A stretch of DNA of 64,000 bases from Dictyostelium discoideum (Eukaryota): contig CM000155.2 in assembly GCA_000004695.1 (NCBI GenBank), positions 832,001-896,000 on the forward strand, written 5' to 3'. Numbering within the stretch: the first letter of the stretch is position 1; every line of letters starts with the position of its first letter. Shown in pieces: positions 49,481-60,900 of the stretch. The notes beneath the pieces are model-generated. The model saw only the letters and a list, made by a program, of their open reading frames with translations, did not search any database and was not told the DNA's origin. Position numbers and translations under genes: made by a program.

Positions 49481-49522
<42 letters not shown>
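44263..49522 (+). mobile_element. TRE3-A-like retrotransposon, copy 3 (most intact)
   Basis: - ORF1 44427..45680 is intact at 417 aa.
- ORF2 45680..49383 uses the same TAATG overlap. APE-RT-CCHC is continuous except for one 1-bp deletion in a C-run near 45770 (ORF resumes at 45784, 1199 aa).
- It ends in about 37 A. Confidence 0.88.
44427..45680 (+). CDS. TRE3-A-like ORF1 protein (417 aa, intact copy); function unknown, presumed nucleic-acid-binding ORF1p
   Basis: Full-length version of the ORF1 that is disrupted in copies 1 and 2. It has a basic, Ser/Thr/Pro/Gln-rich C-terminal half. Confidence 0.7.
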   Translation: MNSYADAAKMANPSTHMDEASENFIKEFSTKTAEIKETYPKLSIGLKDISKYCETILNMTALSTYEKNNGFYPITLEFPKMDLMGLEEMRKTLSNYDIPIDKIYIGKGTRKMIHLMIKNEQSLLNIIRDRSKLGTFITSSRDYHVLTGRVRIPREKAGIVDALIKTAFAEEIPYAIYHTTYSTDHLLVFGLIECKIGDQMKSGQHNTEIANFTIRTATKTYSSQKKNKKVESNNTEEPLEDEMTDDPPNTQNRIAIKSSQPKPQQQTNDPANNQSDKQSTQEKKAQSKKSSQPLPPKNQALFQSVKPTTTTTTTFNAIQKDNTNKTSTNIHSSSENREKTPNIPPSHKRKNEEIHSNNEVTQLSPTINRSNPYIPSTPKTPVNKERKGIIESFIESIYPSPSKPQLYDSQEEIDIIS

Positions 49523-49524
<2 letters not shown>

Positions 49525-49754
49525 ATTTATTTTGATGGAAATATATTTTTGAATTTAAAATGCTTTCGTCTTTTCTGTAAATATGGTCCGATTAATAAAT
49601 ATTAAAAATCTGAATAAAATATTTTATTTTTTAATGACGAATTATTTTATTTATTTGAATAAAAATCCTATTGAAAATAACAATTTTGAAAAATATCATT
49701 ATTTATTTATTTATTTATTTATTTTTTTATTCCAATTTATAAATACATAAAGAA

Positions 49755-51308
49755 ATGAATATTTTAAAATTAATAATATTTTTTTTGGTTTGCTTTTTTG
49801 TTAATAATGTAAAGTCACAAGATGAATCACCAATTAAATTAATCGTTAATCCAAATATTAAAAATGCATATGTAGTTGGTGAAAAGTGTGGTATTGAAAC
49901 ATTTACATGTAATTCAATTATTGATGCGGTTGCATACTTTAATTCAATTGCAGTATTAGTAGATAATGGAGCAATCTATCAACAATTAAATATAAAATTA
50001 TCAAATTATTCATATGGTATTATAGAGAACATTGTTAATTTATTTCAATTAAATTGTACAATCTCACCATTTGATGAGGAGGTAAAGTTGTGTTCGATAA
50101 TTTAAGTAATCCATTAAATAATACAGAATCAATGATAGAGTTATATGGACCAATTGTAAACGCTACAACATCAGTTTTAAATAGTTATATAAGCTTTAAT
50201 AATTTTAATGATTCAGTTATTTTAGTTTTATCTAATGATCAATATTCAAATGTTACAATTGATCAATTCAATTTCAACAATTATCAAACTCAAAAAAATG
50301 TACACATGATTGGGTTTACAAGATATTGGGCACCGGTTGATGGTGATTCTCTTACAGGTACAATCACAATTTCAAATTCCAACATTACAAATATCAACAA
50401 TAATGGAGGTGGTTTTACATCAAATGGTGTGTATTATTCTTATGGTATTAACATTACATTAGTTAATGTTATGATTTCTAATATTACTGCACAAATTCAA
50501 ACATTATTATATGTTGAAAATAGTATTGTAAATATAACCAATTGTGATTTTAATTATGTTAATACAAAGTAGAGGTAGTAGTATAGTAATGTTAAATTCA
50601 ACATTTAATTCATTATCATCAATGAACGGTGGCGCCTTATTAAACCATGATATTGAAAGCCCAAACCAAAAATCATCATTCAACATTACAGATTGCAAAG
50701 TTTTGAATTGTTGTTCCCAAGTAGGCAATGGTCATTCAATTATTTAATTCACTAAGTTTAGACGTTCCAATTATTAATATAAATAATAGTATATTTAATA
50801 ATAACAGTGGTTTTTATGGTGTACTTGAAAGTGACTATTATTCAATTAGTATAAATGATTGTTCATTTGATTCGAACTATGGTTCTTTGGCTAATCTTTT
50901 CTCTTTTTCATCTGGATCATTAACTGTTTCAAATTAAACAATTATCAATGTATTAGAAGAATCTCATGAAAAAGCCCAAATTTATAGTGGTACTGTTATA
51001 TTTGATAACTCAAATATTTTATTTGATGGTTGTACCTTTGGAAAAGAATATTTTAGTATTTCCTGTTATAAATCAAACATTGAATTTTCAAATTCAAATA
51101 ATTTAAATCTATTTTATATTTGTAATCAATGTGATCAATTAACTGTCAATTCAAATTCAATTTGTAAACAAAGTTCAACAACTTCAACTCTCAATTTTGA
51201 TAGTGATAGTAATGATTCTATAAAATTAATTCCAAACAACTTTTCAATATTTTTTATTATCTTTTTTATAATAATAATATTAACAACAACCAACAATAAT
51301 CTCTTTTA
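49755..51308 (+). pseudogene. Secreted parallel-beta-helix (pectin-lyase-fold-like) protein with a hydrophobic C-terminal tail; 3 frameshifts and 1 in-frame stop
   Basis: A signal peptide (MNILKLIIFFLVCFFVNNVKSQ) is followed by N-rich beta-helix-like repeats. The reading frame hops 0 to 2 to 0 to 1 at about 50095, 50560 and 50735. An in-frame TAA at 50935-50937 is followed by 370 nt more same-frame coding that ends in a GPI-like tail. The gaps between frames are too short to be Dictyostelium introns. Confidence 0.5.
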
Positions 51309-51872
51309 ATTTTAATATATTGTTTTTTTTTTTTTTTAATTTTAATAATAATTTCTTTATTTATTTTTTAAAAATATAATTATAATTTATAATAAAACAA
51401 AAATAAAAAAAAAAAAAATAAACAAAGAGTATAAATTCAATTATAGATTTTAAAGAAAATTCATATTTGGTTTTGTTTAGAAAAAAAAAAAAAAAAAAAA
51501 AAATCCAGAACAAAACGGAGATATTTTTTTTAGTTTTTTTTGAATCCCAAATTTTTGCCTGGGAAATAATATTTTTTTTTTTTTTTTTATTTAACCCGAA
51601 AAACCAGGGTTAAAAACAAAAAAAAAAAAGATTAATGAAATCGTGATTATTTTTTTTTTTTTTTGTGTGTTTAATTATAACCAAACAAAAAATAATAAAA
51701 AATATTAAAAATAATTATTATTTTTTATATAATTATAAATAATTATATATAAAAAAATTATGACAATAATAAATAATGATAATATTAGTTTGTATTTTTT
51801 TTTTAAATATATCATTTTTTTTTTTTTTTTTTTTTTTTTTTTGACTAACTGAAATTTCTTATTGTTTCTAAC

Positions 51873-51916
<44 letters not shown>

Positions 51917-52096
51917 GATAATAATAATTATATAAATAATCAATTTTTAAATAATAATAATAATAATAATCATAAGGAAAAAAATGAAATATTAAAAAAA
52001 ATTTAAGGGAAAAAAAAATGTAAAAATAAAAGTAAAAAAAAAAAATAATAATAAATTTTTAGGAATTATAATGGGATTTTAAAAAACACTTTTTAG

Positions 52097-53299
52097 GGCA
52101 ACATCAGCAAAATTATCACAATTTATAGTATCGGGGGATTATAAAGGGCCATTTACAATCATAGGGTTAAAAACTAAAATTTTATCATTTTCATTAGTTA
52201 TTGAATTTATTTTATTAAAGATTGAATTAATTAAAGAGAGAAAAGATGGATTAAAGATTAATTTCGATGATGTAAAACATATAGATTATAATATTAATAG
52301 TAGTATAAGTGGTAGTTGTAACTATGAATTAAATTATACAAAACAGGATACCCTATTTCAAAGATTTCAAAGTAAATTTAAAATTGAACATACTATTAAT
52401 CCTGAAAATGGTGAAACCATCAACACTGGTATCACCCTTAAAAAATTATTTATAATTTCAATACCAATGTCAATTTTATTCGTTGCTTTAAATTGGATTT
52501 GGATGTTAGCAATTTCAATGACTGAAGTTAGTATTTCAACTGCATTATATCGTAAGTTGTATTTATTTATTTATTTATTCTAAACAACAAGTAATTAACA
52601 TGATTTTATCCCACTTTCATAGAAAGTGCATCAGTGTTTTGTTTCTTTTTATCAATTATAATATTAAAAGAAAAAGTTAAAATTTTAAAAACAATTTCAG
52701 TTATAATATTTATGGGAGGGATTGTTGGAATTGCAATTACAACAGTTGGAACATCAAAAGGTGAATATCCGCATGCAATCAAGGGAGAGATTTTAATGAT
52801 TATTTCAGCAGCAATGTGGGGTTTATATGAAGTTCTAACATCGAAATTCATTGGTGATGCTAATAGAACTATAGTTCATACTTATATGGGTTTAATTGCA
52901 TTTGTAAATTTAATATTGGGTATACCGGTAATTGTTATTTTAAATGTAACCAATTTTGAACCATTTTCAGTGCCATCAATATCAGTATTTGGAATGTTAT
53001 TATTGAATGCTTTTGTGGGTTTCTCTGTAAACTATTTAATTAATTGGGGTTTGTCAGTTACTTCACCATTATTCGTTAGATCTGGTGAATTAATGGTAAT
53101 AGTAGCAACTTTATTATTTGATATAATCATTAAACATATGAAACTACCTCTCTTGGCATTGCCTGGTTATTCTTTAATTGTTATTGGTTTTATCTTATCT
53201 GTTTATATTGAAAGTAGAGATATTAAACAACAACAAGAAAAAGAAAAAGAAAAACAAAAAAATAATAATGGTGAAACTGAATCATTATTAAATTATTAA
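52097..53299 (+). CDS. DMT-superfamily (SLC35F / THI74-like) membrane transporter, paralog 1. Exons 52097..52551 and 52623..53299 are visible; the 5' exon is unresolved (one candidate is 51760..51791).
   Basis: About 60% identical at protein level to paralog 2. Shared blocks: WGLYEVLTSKFIGDANRTIV, GFSVNYLINWGLSVTSPLFVRSGELM. The intron (GTAAGT..TCATAG) is in the same position and phase as in paralog 2. Exon 2 begins in phase 2 right after a TTTTAG with an in-frame stop upstream, so a 5' exon is required. Confidence 0.5.
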
Positions 53300-53598
53300 A
53301 TTATAATTTTTAATTTTTTTTTTATATATCATTTATATAAATTAAAAAAACTATAATTTTAAATCTTAAAATAAATTTATTATTTTTTTAAAAAAAAAAA
53401 AAAAAAAATTTAATTAATGTTATAGATTTAAAAAAAAAAAAAAAAAAATAATAAAAAAAAAAAAAAAACTTTATTTGATAACTTTTTTTTTTTATAAAAA
53501 AAAAAAAAAAACTTTATTTGATAACTTTTTTTTTTTATAAAAAAAAAATAAAAATAAAAATAAATGATATATAATTCTTATCATTGTGTATCAATTAT

Positions 53599-53631
<33 letters not shown>

Positions 53632-54218
53632 CAAAAAAAAAAATCTATTATTATTGTCACCCACACTCGACAAAATTCATTACATTATAAAAATAACCAA
53701 ATTAAATAGATACACGATAATATTAAACTTTATTACTATGAAATATCATAATTTACATAATACATCTATATTTTATAATTATTATAATTTTAAATAAAAA
53801 AAAATATTATTAAAAAAAAAAACCGGGGAAAAGAAAAAAAAAAAAAAAAAAAGGGTTTTTTTTTTTTAAATAAAAAATTTTATTTAATCTACCTTTAGGG
53901 GCTAATTACCACAAATTTTTAAAAACATTAGTAGGGTGGAAAATAAAAATCTGGATTCAAATAGGGAAAAAACAAAGGTATTGGTGGGGAAAATATCCTC
54001 AACATATGCTATAAATTTTAATAAAAATCATAAAAAAGATTGTAAGTTTTTTTTTTTAAAATATAAAAATAAAAAACATAAAAAAAAATAATAAAAAATA
54101 AAAAATAAAAAAATAATAAATAATATAAAAATATAAAAATAAAAATATTTTTAAAAAATAAAACTATAAAAAAAAAAAAAAAAAAAAAATCTTCTTTTAA
54201 ATTTGTATTATAAAAGTA

Positions 54219-55767
54219 ATGATATTAAAATTGTATACTAATTTAATAAATAAAAAAAATGAAATTGAAAATAAAAATATTATTTTAGGTGAAATTAATA
54301 GTAATAATAATATTAATAATAATGAAAATAATGAAAATAGTAATAATATTGATAATAACAATAAATGCAAATTAGGATATGATAAAGAAAATATTAATAA
54401 TGACAATATTAATAATAATAATAATACTATTATCAGTAATAAAATAATAAAAGAAAATAAAAAGGGGGATAGAAATAAATTCCTGGGAATAATTATAGTA
54501 ATTTTAATTACAATATTTCAAACAGGATTTTCAGAATTATCATCATTTGTAGTAACTGGTGATTACAATTCACCATTTATGATTGGTTGGTTTAATACCA
54601 TTTTCTTATTATTTTCATTTTTAATTGAATTTATTTTAATTAAATTTGAACTTAATAAAGAGAAAAAAGAATTATTAAATATTAATAACGAACCACCACA
54701 AAAACAAGATACTATTTTAAAAAGATTTAAAAGTAAATTTAAAAATCAAATTATATTTGATAATGAAACTGGTGCCGAAACAATATCCCCAAATGGTATT
54801 ACTTTAAAAAAATTAATAATAATATCAATACCAATAACTATATTATATATTATATTAAATTGGTTATGGGTATTAAGTTTATCAATGACTGAAACCAGTA
54901 TTGCCACTGCCTTATATCGTAAGTTTTTATTTTTTTTTTTTTATTTTTTTTTTATCTTAATTTCAAATTAATAAAGATTAAAAAAAATAAAAATACACAC
55001 ATTTATATTAATAAAATTTTTCCTTTTTTTTTTTTTTTTTTTTTTTTTTAGAAAGCGCAACAGTTTTTTGTTTCTTTTTGTCAATTATAATTTTAAAAGA
55101 GAAAATTAGAATTTTAAAATCATTATCAATTTTAATATTTATGGGTGGCTTAGTTGGTATAGTAGTTGCAACAACAACAACAACAACAGATGGTGATGAT
55201 AAATTTCCAAATGCAATATTGGGTGATATTTTAATGATTGTATCAGCATTTTTATGGGGTTTATATGAAGTGTTAACATCGAAATTCATTGGTGATGCAA
55301 ATAGGACCATTGTAAATACATATATGGGTTTAATAGGATTATTTAATTTAATTATCGGTATACCAATAATTATAATATTAAATTTTATAAAATTTGAATT
55401 ATTCAAAATACCAGATTCGTATACATTCATAATGATATTAGTTAATGCAATTGTTGGTTTCTCAGTATTGTATCTGATTGTATGGGGTTTGTCAGTTACC
55501 TCACCATTATTCGTTAGATCAGGTGAATTAATGACAATTCCTTCAACTTTGATATTTGATATTCTATTTAAAAAAATGAAATTACCATTACTAGCTATAC
55601 CAGGTTACATTCTAATCGTTATTGGCTTCGTTTTATCAGTTTTCATTGAAAGTAGACAAATTAAAAAAAAAGAAAAATTAAAAAATCAAAAAGGTGAAAA
55701 TGGAAATGAAAAAAACCAAAAAAAAGAAAATCAACAATTTAATCAATTTTCTGAAATAAATTTATAA
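54219..55767 (+). CDS. DMT-superfamily (SLC35F / THI74-like) membrane transporter, paralog 2, 2 exons: 54219..54918, 55052..55767 (471 aa)
   Basis: ATG at 54219. Poly-N N-terminus, then multiple TM helices. Phase-1 intron with GTAAGT donor and (T)n-AG acceptor. Domain blocks as in paralog 1. Confidence 0.65.
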
Positions 55768-55963
55768 AATAATTACATATTTATTTAACTACTACTTATT
55801 GTGTTGATTTATTCATATTTGTTTATTTAATTGGACATTCTTTTAACATAGATTCAGGAAAAGAAAAAAAGAGAAAAACAAATAAAAAAAGAAAAAAAAA
55901 TTGTTTTATTATTTTTAATTTTCTAATTTTACAGTATATTATTTTGAAGTACTTGGAATATTA

Positions 55964-55994
<31 letters not shown>

Positions 55995-56192
55995 CTAAAC
56001 TGGTATATCCTTGGGAAAAAGAAAAATTACTTTATGTTGGTTTTCCAAATTTTCTCTCTGATATTAATCTCTCAATTATTTAAAAGCAAACATTTTGATT
56101 CTTTAATTTCAATTCAGTATTAATTTCATATATTTAATGTACTGAATAATTTATACTCTTTTGTTATTTATTATATTTTTAAAAATTTTGTG

Positions 56193-56414
56193 TTACAATT
56201 TGTTTTTTTTTTTTTTTTTACATACTTTAATTAGGTAAAAAATACTAATTAGAAATAAAATTATTGTTATTGCAAAAATAAAAATATATCCTTGTAATTT
56301 ATAGAGGTGGTTTACTTCATCAATAATATTTTTATATTCATTATTTGAGAAATATTTTTCCAATTGTTTTGGTAATTCATTTGGGTATTTTAAAAAAATG
56401 CCATTATTAATCAT
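56193..56414 (-). CDS. Possible small tail-anchored membrane protein (73 aa)
   Basis: ATG-initiated ORF with a single C-terminal hydrophobic helix (YIFIFAITIILFLISIFYLI) followed by a Lys-rich tail. No recognisable family; it could be spurious. Confidence 0.25.
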   Translation of the reverse strand: MINNGIFLKYPNELPKQLEKYFSNNEYKNIIDEVNHLYKLQGYIFIFAITIILFLISIFYLIKVCKKKKKNKL

Positions 56415-56445
56415 TTCAACTTCTACTTCTTCATTTTAATTAATA

Positions 56446-56487
<42 letters not shown>

Positions 56488-56969
56488 TTGTAAATAAAAT
56501 TAATAAATGAATAATAATTATAATAACAGGAAAAAAAAATTAATTAAAATGATTTTAAAAAAATAAAAAAAAAATAATAAAAAATAAAAATAAAAATAAA
56601 AATAAAAAAATGAAAAAAATAGATATTTTTAGTTTACATTGAACCACAATTATCTTCTGAAATTAAAATTTTTAGTACAATATAATTAACACACTTTTAT
56701 TTTACTAAAATTAAAAGATTAAACATTAATATTTTCTGTATTTGGTTGTTGTTCTTGTTCTTCTTCTTGTTCTACTTTTTGAATTTTTCTTTGTTTTTTA
56801 ATATTTCTTGCTTCAATAAAAATTGATAAAATAAAATCAATGACAATTAAGATATATTAAAAATAAAAAAGGAAAAAAATAAAAATAAAAATAAAAAAAA
56901 ATAAATTAATGTTTTAACAAATTCTGAATTTAGTAATATCATTCCTTAATATTATTTTTATATAATATC

Positions 56970-57020
<51 letters not shown>

Positions 57021-57476
57021 CACACGAACCCCTGGGAAAAGATTTAATAAAAAATTTGGAAAAAACGGGGGTGGGCCAAAAAAAAAAATTTTTTTTTTTA
57101 AAAAATTTTTTTTATTTTTTATTTTTTATTTTTAACTTTTTTTTTTTATTTTTTTTTTTTATTTTATTTTATTTTTGGAATAAAAAAAAAAAAAATTAAA
57201 TTAAATTAAGAAATCAATAAAAAAGAAAAAAAATAACCAGAAAACAGAAAAAAAAAAAAAAAAAAAATTCAGTACTGGATATATTTTTTGATCATTAATT
57301 ATTCATAGTTATTTTTGTTTAGGTTAAATTAAACTAATTTTTTTTTATTTTTTTTATTTTTTTTATTTTTTTTTTTTTTGAAAATGTGTTCGTTTTTTCT
57401 TTTTTATTATTTCTGGTTGATATCCTGGTAAAAATTGTGTGAAAAAAAAAATAAAAATAAAAAAATAAAAAAAATG

Positions 57477-57509
<33 letters not shown>

Positions 57510-57795
57510 AAAGTTTTAAATTTTTTAATTTTTTTTTTTTTTTTTTTATTTCAAAAAACTATTTAAAAAAAAATAGAGAATATAGTTATATATATAACAC
57601 ACAAAAAAATTCATATCACATTATTGTTTTTCATTAATTTATAAACAATAATATATATATAATAAACACTCTATCATTTAATTTTAATAAAAAAAAAAAA
57701 AAATTATAATATTGTATCAATATAAACACCTTTTTTTATATATAAAATAAAAAACAGCTTTTTTTTTTTTTTTTAGTGGGATTATATAAAGAGAA

Positions 57796-60606
57796 ATGAG
57801 CTTTTTAAGACCATCCATTTGGAGATCTTCTCCAATGCAAATGGTTCAATTGTTCGTTCAAATTGAAGCAGCTCATGACACTGTCGATGAGTTGGGTAAA
57901 TTAGGACTTATTCAATTTTTAGATGTAAGTAAAAAAAAAAAAAAAAAATTTTAAATATATGTTCAATATGGATAAAAAAAAAAAAAAAAAAAAAAATACA
58001 TATACAATTATAGTAGTAAGGGAAAAAAAAAAAAAAAAAAAGATTTATATACATTAAAAAAATAGTTTAAAAATAACTTTAGATATTTTTTTTTTTTTTT
58101 TCATTATTTTCTTTTCTGCATACCCAAAAAAAAATAAAAAAATAAATAAACCGCACACACCCACACAAACTCACCCCACATAATTTTTTATATTTCTTTT
58201 TTTTTCTTTTTTAAAAAAAAAAAAAAATTCTAATTGTGTATATATATATATATATTTTTTTTTTTTTAAAAAAAAAAATAGGATAATGAACATGTTAATT
58301 TATTCCAAAGAAATTTCGTAAATGAAGTTAAACGTTGTGATGATATGGAAAAGAAATTAAAATTCTTTGAAGATCAAGTTAAAAAGGAACCAAAATTACA
58401 AAAACTTTTACCAGATAATATGTTATCAGTTGTTGATGATGATTCACAAATGGATGAATTGGAAGGTCGTTTCGATGAATTAGAATCTGAATTAAAACAA
58501 GTTAATGCCAATCAAGAGACACTCCAAAGAAATTACAATGAATTAATTCAATTACGTCATGTATTGACCAAGGATTCAGTATTCTTCCAAGAGAATCCAA
58601 ATTTGATCGAAGGTGAAGGTCATGAACATAGCGCACGTAGTCCATTGCTTGCAGAGGATCAACACGTTTCAGAAGTTGCCAAACAAGGTGTTAAATTAGG
58701 TTTCATCACTGGTGTTATGAATACAGACAAGATGCCACAATTCCAACGTTCACTTTGGAGAACCACCCGTGGTAACAATTATGTCAAGGATGCACGTATC
58801 GAAGAGGAAATCATTGATCCACAAACTGGCGAGGAAACTGCCAAGACTGTATTCATTGTTTTCTTCCAAGGTGAGAGATTACAACAAAAAATTAAAAAGA
58901 TTTGTGAATCATTTGGTGCCAACATCTACGATTGTCCAGATAATTCATTCGAACGTTCAAATCTTTTACAAAAAGTTACTGTTCGTATCACTGATCTCTA
59001 TGAAGTTTTACAACGTTCAAAGGATCACAAGAGACAAACTTTAGCAGGTATCGTACCAAGACTTTACTCATGGAAGAAGAAGGTTTTACTCGAGAAATCA
59101 ATCTATCACACTATGAATCTTTTCGATTATGATGTTGGTAGAAAATGTTTAATCGCCAAAGGTTGGACACCAAAAGATAAGATCGAAGAGATTCAATTGG
59201 CTCTTCGTACAGCTACCACCCGTAGTGGTGCTTTGGTACCATCAGTTTTATCAATCATAAAGACTGAAGGTTCACCACCAACTCATTTCGAAACTAATAA
59301 ATACACAAGTTCATTCCAAGAGATTGTCAATGCCTATGGTATTGCACATTATCGTGAGGTTAATCCAGCCGTTTTAACCATCGTTACTTTCCCATTCCTT
59401 TTCGGTGTTATGTTTGGTGATGTTGGTCATGGTGCTCTCCTCTTACTCAGTGCCCTCGGTTTAATCTCTTTGGAAAAGAAATTGGCCGGTAAGAAATTGA
59501 ATGAATTAATTCAAATGCCTTTCGATGGTCGTTATGTACTCTTCCTTATGTCTCTCTTCTCCATTTATGTTGGTTTCATTTACAATGAATGTTTCTCAAT
59601 TCCAATGAATATTTTCGGTTCTCAATATAACCTTAATTCAACCACCGGTCTTTACACTTATCAACATACCGATCGTGTTTATCCAGTTGGTGTCGATCCA
59701 CTCTGGAAAGGTGCTCCAAATGAATTGGTCTACTATAACAGTTTCAAAATGAAGTTATCCATTATCTTTGGTGTCGTTCAAATGAGTGTTGGTATTTGTT
59801 TCTCATTGTTGAATTACTTAAATCAAAAAGGTCCAATCAAGATTGTAAACATTCTCACTCAATTCGTTCCACAAATGATTTTCCTTTGGTCTATCTTTGG
59901 TTATATGTCTGTCTTGATCATCTTAAAATGGGTCGTTCCATATCGTTCATTTGAGGTTGACAAAGTTGATCCACCATTCATTCTTCCAACCATTATCGCT
60001 ATGTTCTTGTCACCAGGTGGTACACCAGATGTTGTCTTCTTCTCTGGTCAAGGTGCTGTTCAAACCGCTCTCTTATTCTTGGCTCTCATTTCCATTCCAG
60101 TTATGTTGGTCATTAAACCATTGTTCATGAAGAGATTCCACTTCCAAGAAGTCGAAAGAAAGAAATTAGGTCACCACGAAGAGGAACATGATGATGAAGC
60201 TCTCTACACTGGTCATCACGGTGAAGAATTTGAAATGGGTGAAGTCTTTGTTCATCAAGTCATTCATACCATCGAGTTTGTTTTGGGTGCTGTTTCAAAT
60301 ACTGCCTCTTATCTTCGTTTATGGGCTCTTTCATTGGCTCACTCTGAGTTATCTTCTGTATTTTGGGAACGTATTCTCATTGGTCAAGTCGAACGTGGTA
60401 ATCCATTCTTGGCTTTCGTTGGTTTTGGTGCTTGGTTAGGTGCCTCTGTTGCTGTACTTTTACTTATGGAATCCCTTTCTGCTTTCTTGCACGCTCTTAG
60501 ACTTCATTGGGTAGAATTCCAAAATAAATTCTATATTGGTGATGGTGTTAGATTCATTCCATACAGTGCCACTCGTATTCTTTCTGGTTCTGAAGATGAT
60601 GAATAA
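57796..60606 (+). CDS. vatM: V-type H+-ATPase 100-kDa subunit a, 2 exons: 57796..57924, 58282..60606 (817 aa)
   Basis: MSFLRPSIWRSSPMQMVQLFVQIEAAHDTVDELGKLGLIQFLD/DNEHVNLFQRNFVNEVKRCDDMEKKLKFFE... parallels the V-ATPase a-subunit N-terminus (LFLQSEAA...LGELG..[26 protein letters not shown]). The C-terminal half contains the conserved TM arginine region (LRLWALSLAH) and ends EDDE. Phase-0 intron with GTAAGT donor. Confidence 0.9.
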
Positions 60607-60620
60607 ATCATTTAACTAAC

Positions 60621-60651
<31 letters not shown>

Positions 60652-60739
60652 AATAAAATAAAATAAAATAAAACTTAAAAGGTGTTTTTAATAAGAAATC
60701 TCATTTTATTTTTTTTTTTATTTTTTTTTTTTTTTTTTG

Positions 60740-60900
60740 GATTATTAATGCCATTATGTTTCTATATTTGAAGGGTCTTTAAAATGGTTCGGATCTTTTG
60801 AAAGAGTTAATTTTAAATCTTTTGCTTTTTTAATATATTCTGGAATAGCGTTTGAAGTTGGCAAAAGTTTGGAAGGTTGTTTCCGATGTCTGTAAGATTT
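60740..60900 (-). mobile_element. Short divergent TRE3-A-like 3'-end fragment
   Basis: The minus-strand translation ...PEYIKKAKDLKLTLSKDPNHFKDPSNIET resembles the TRE3-A ORF2 C-terminus EYIKKAKDLKNLSAKDHNNFKDPKILLTS. It abuts the poly-A of the inverted element. Confidence 0.45.

Noticed and set aside
51586-51612. Perfect 8-bp hairpin TTTAACCC-(9 nt)-GGGTTAAA in A/T-rich spacer
   Set aside because: It is isolated and short, with no flanking conservation or promoter element, so it is likely chance.
58769-60439. Alternative-frame ORFs inside vatM (58769..59044, 60188..60439)
   Set aside because: They are embedded in a highly conserved coding exon in another frame.
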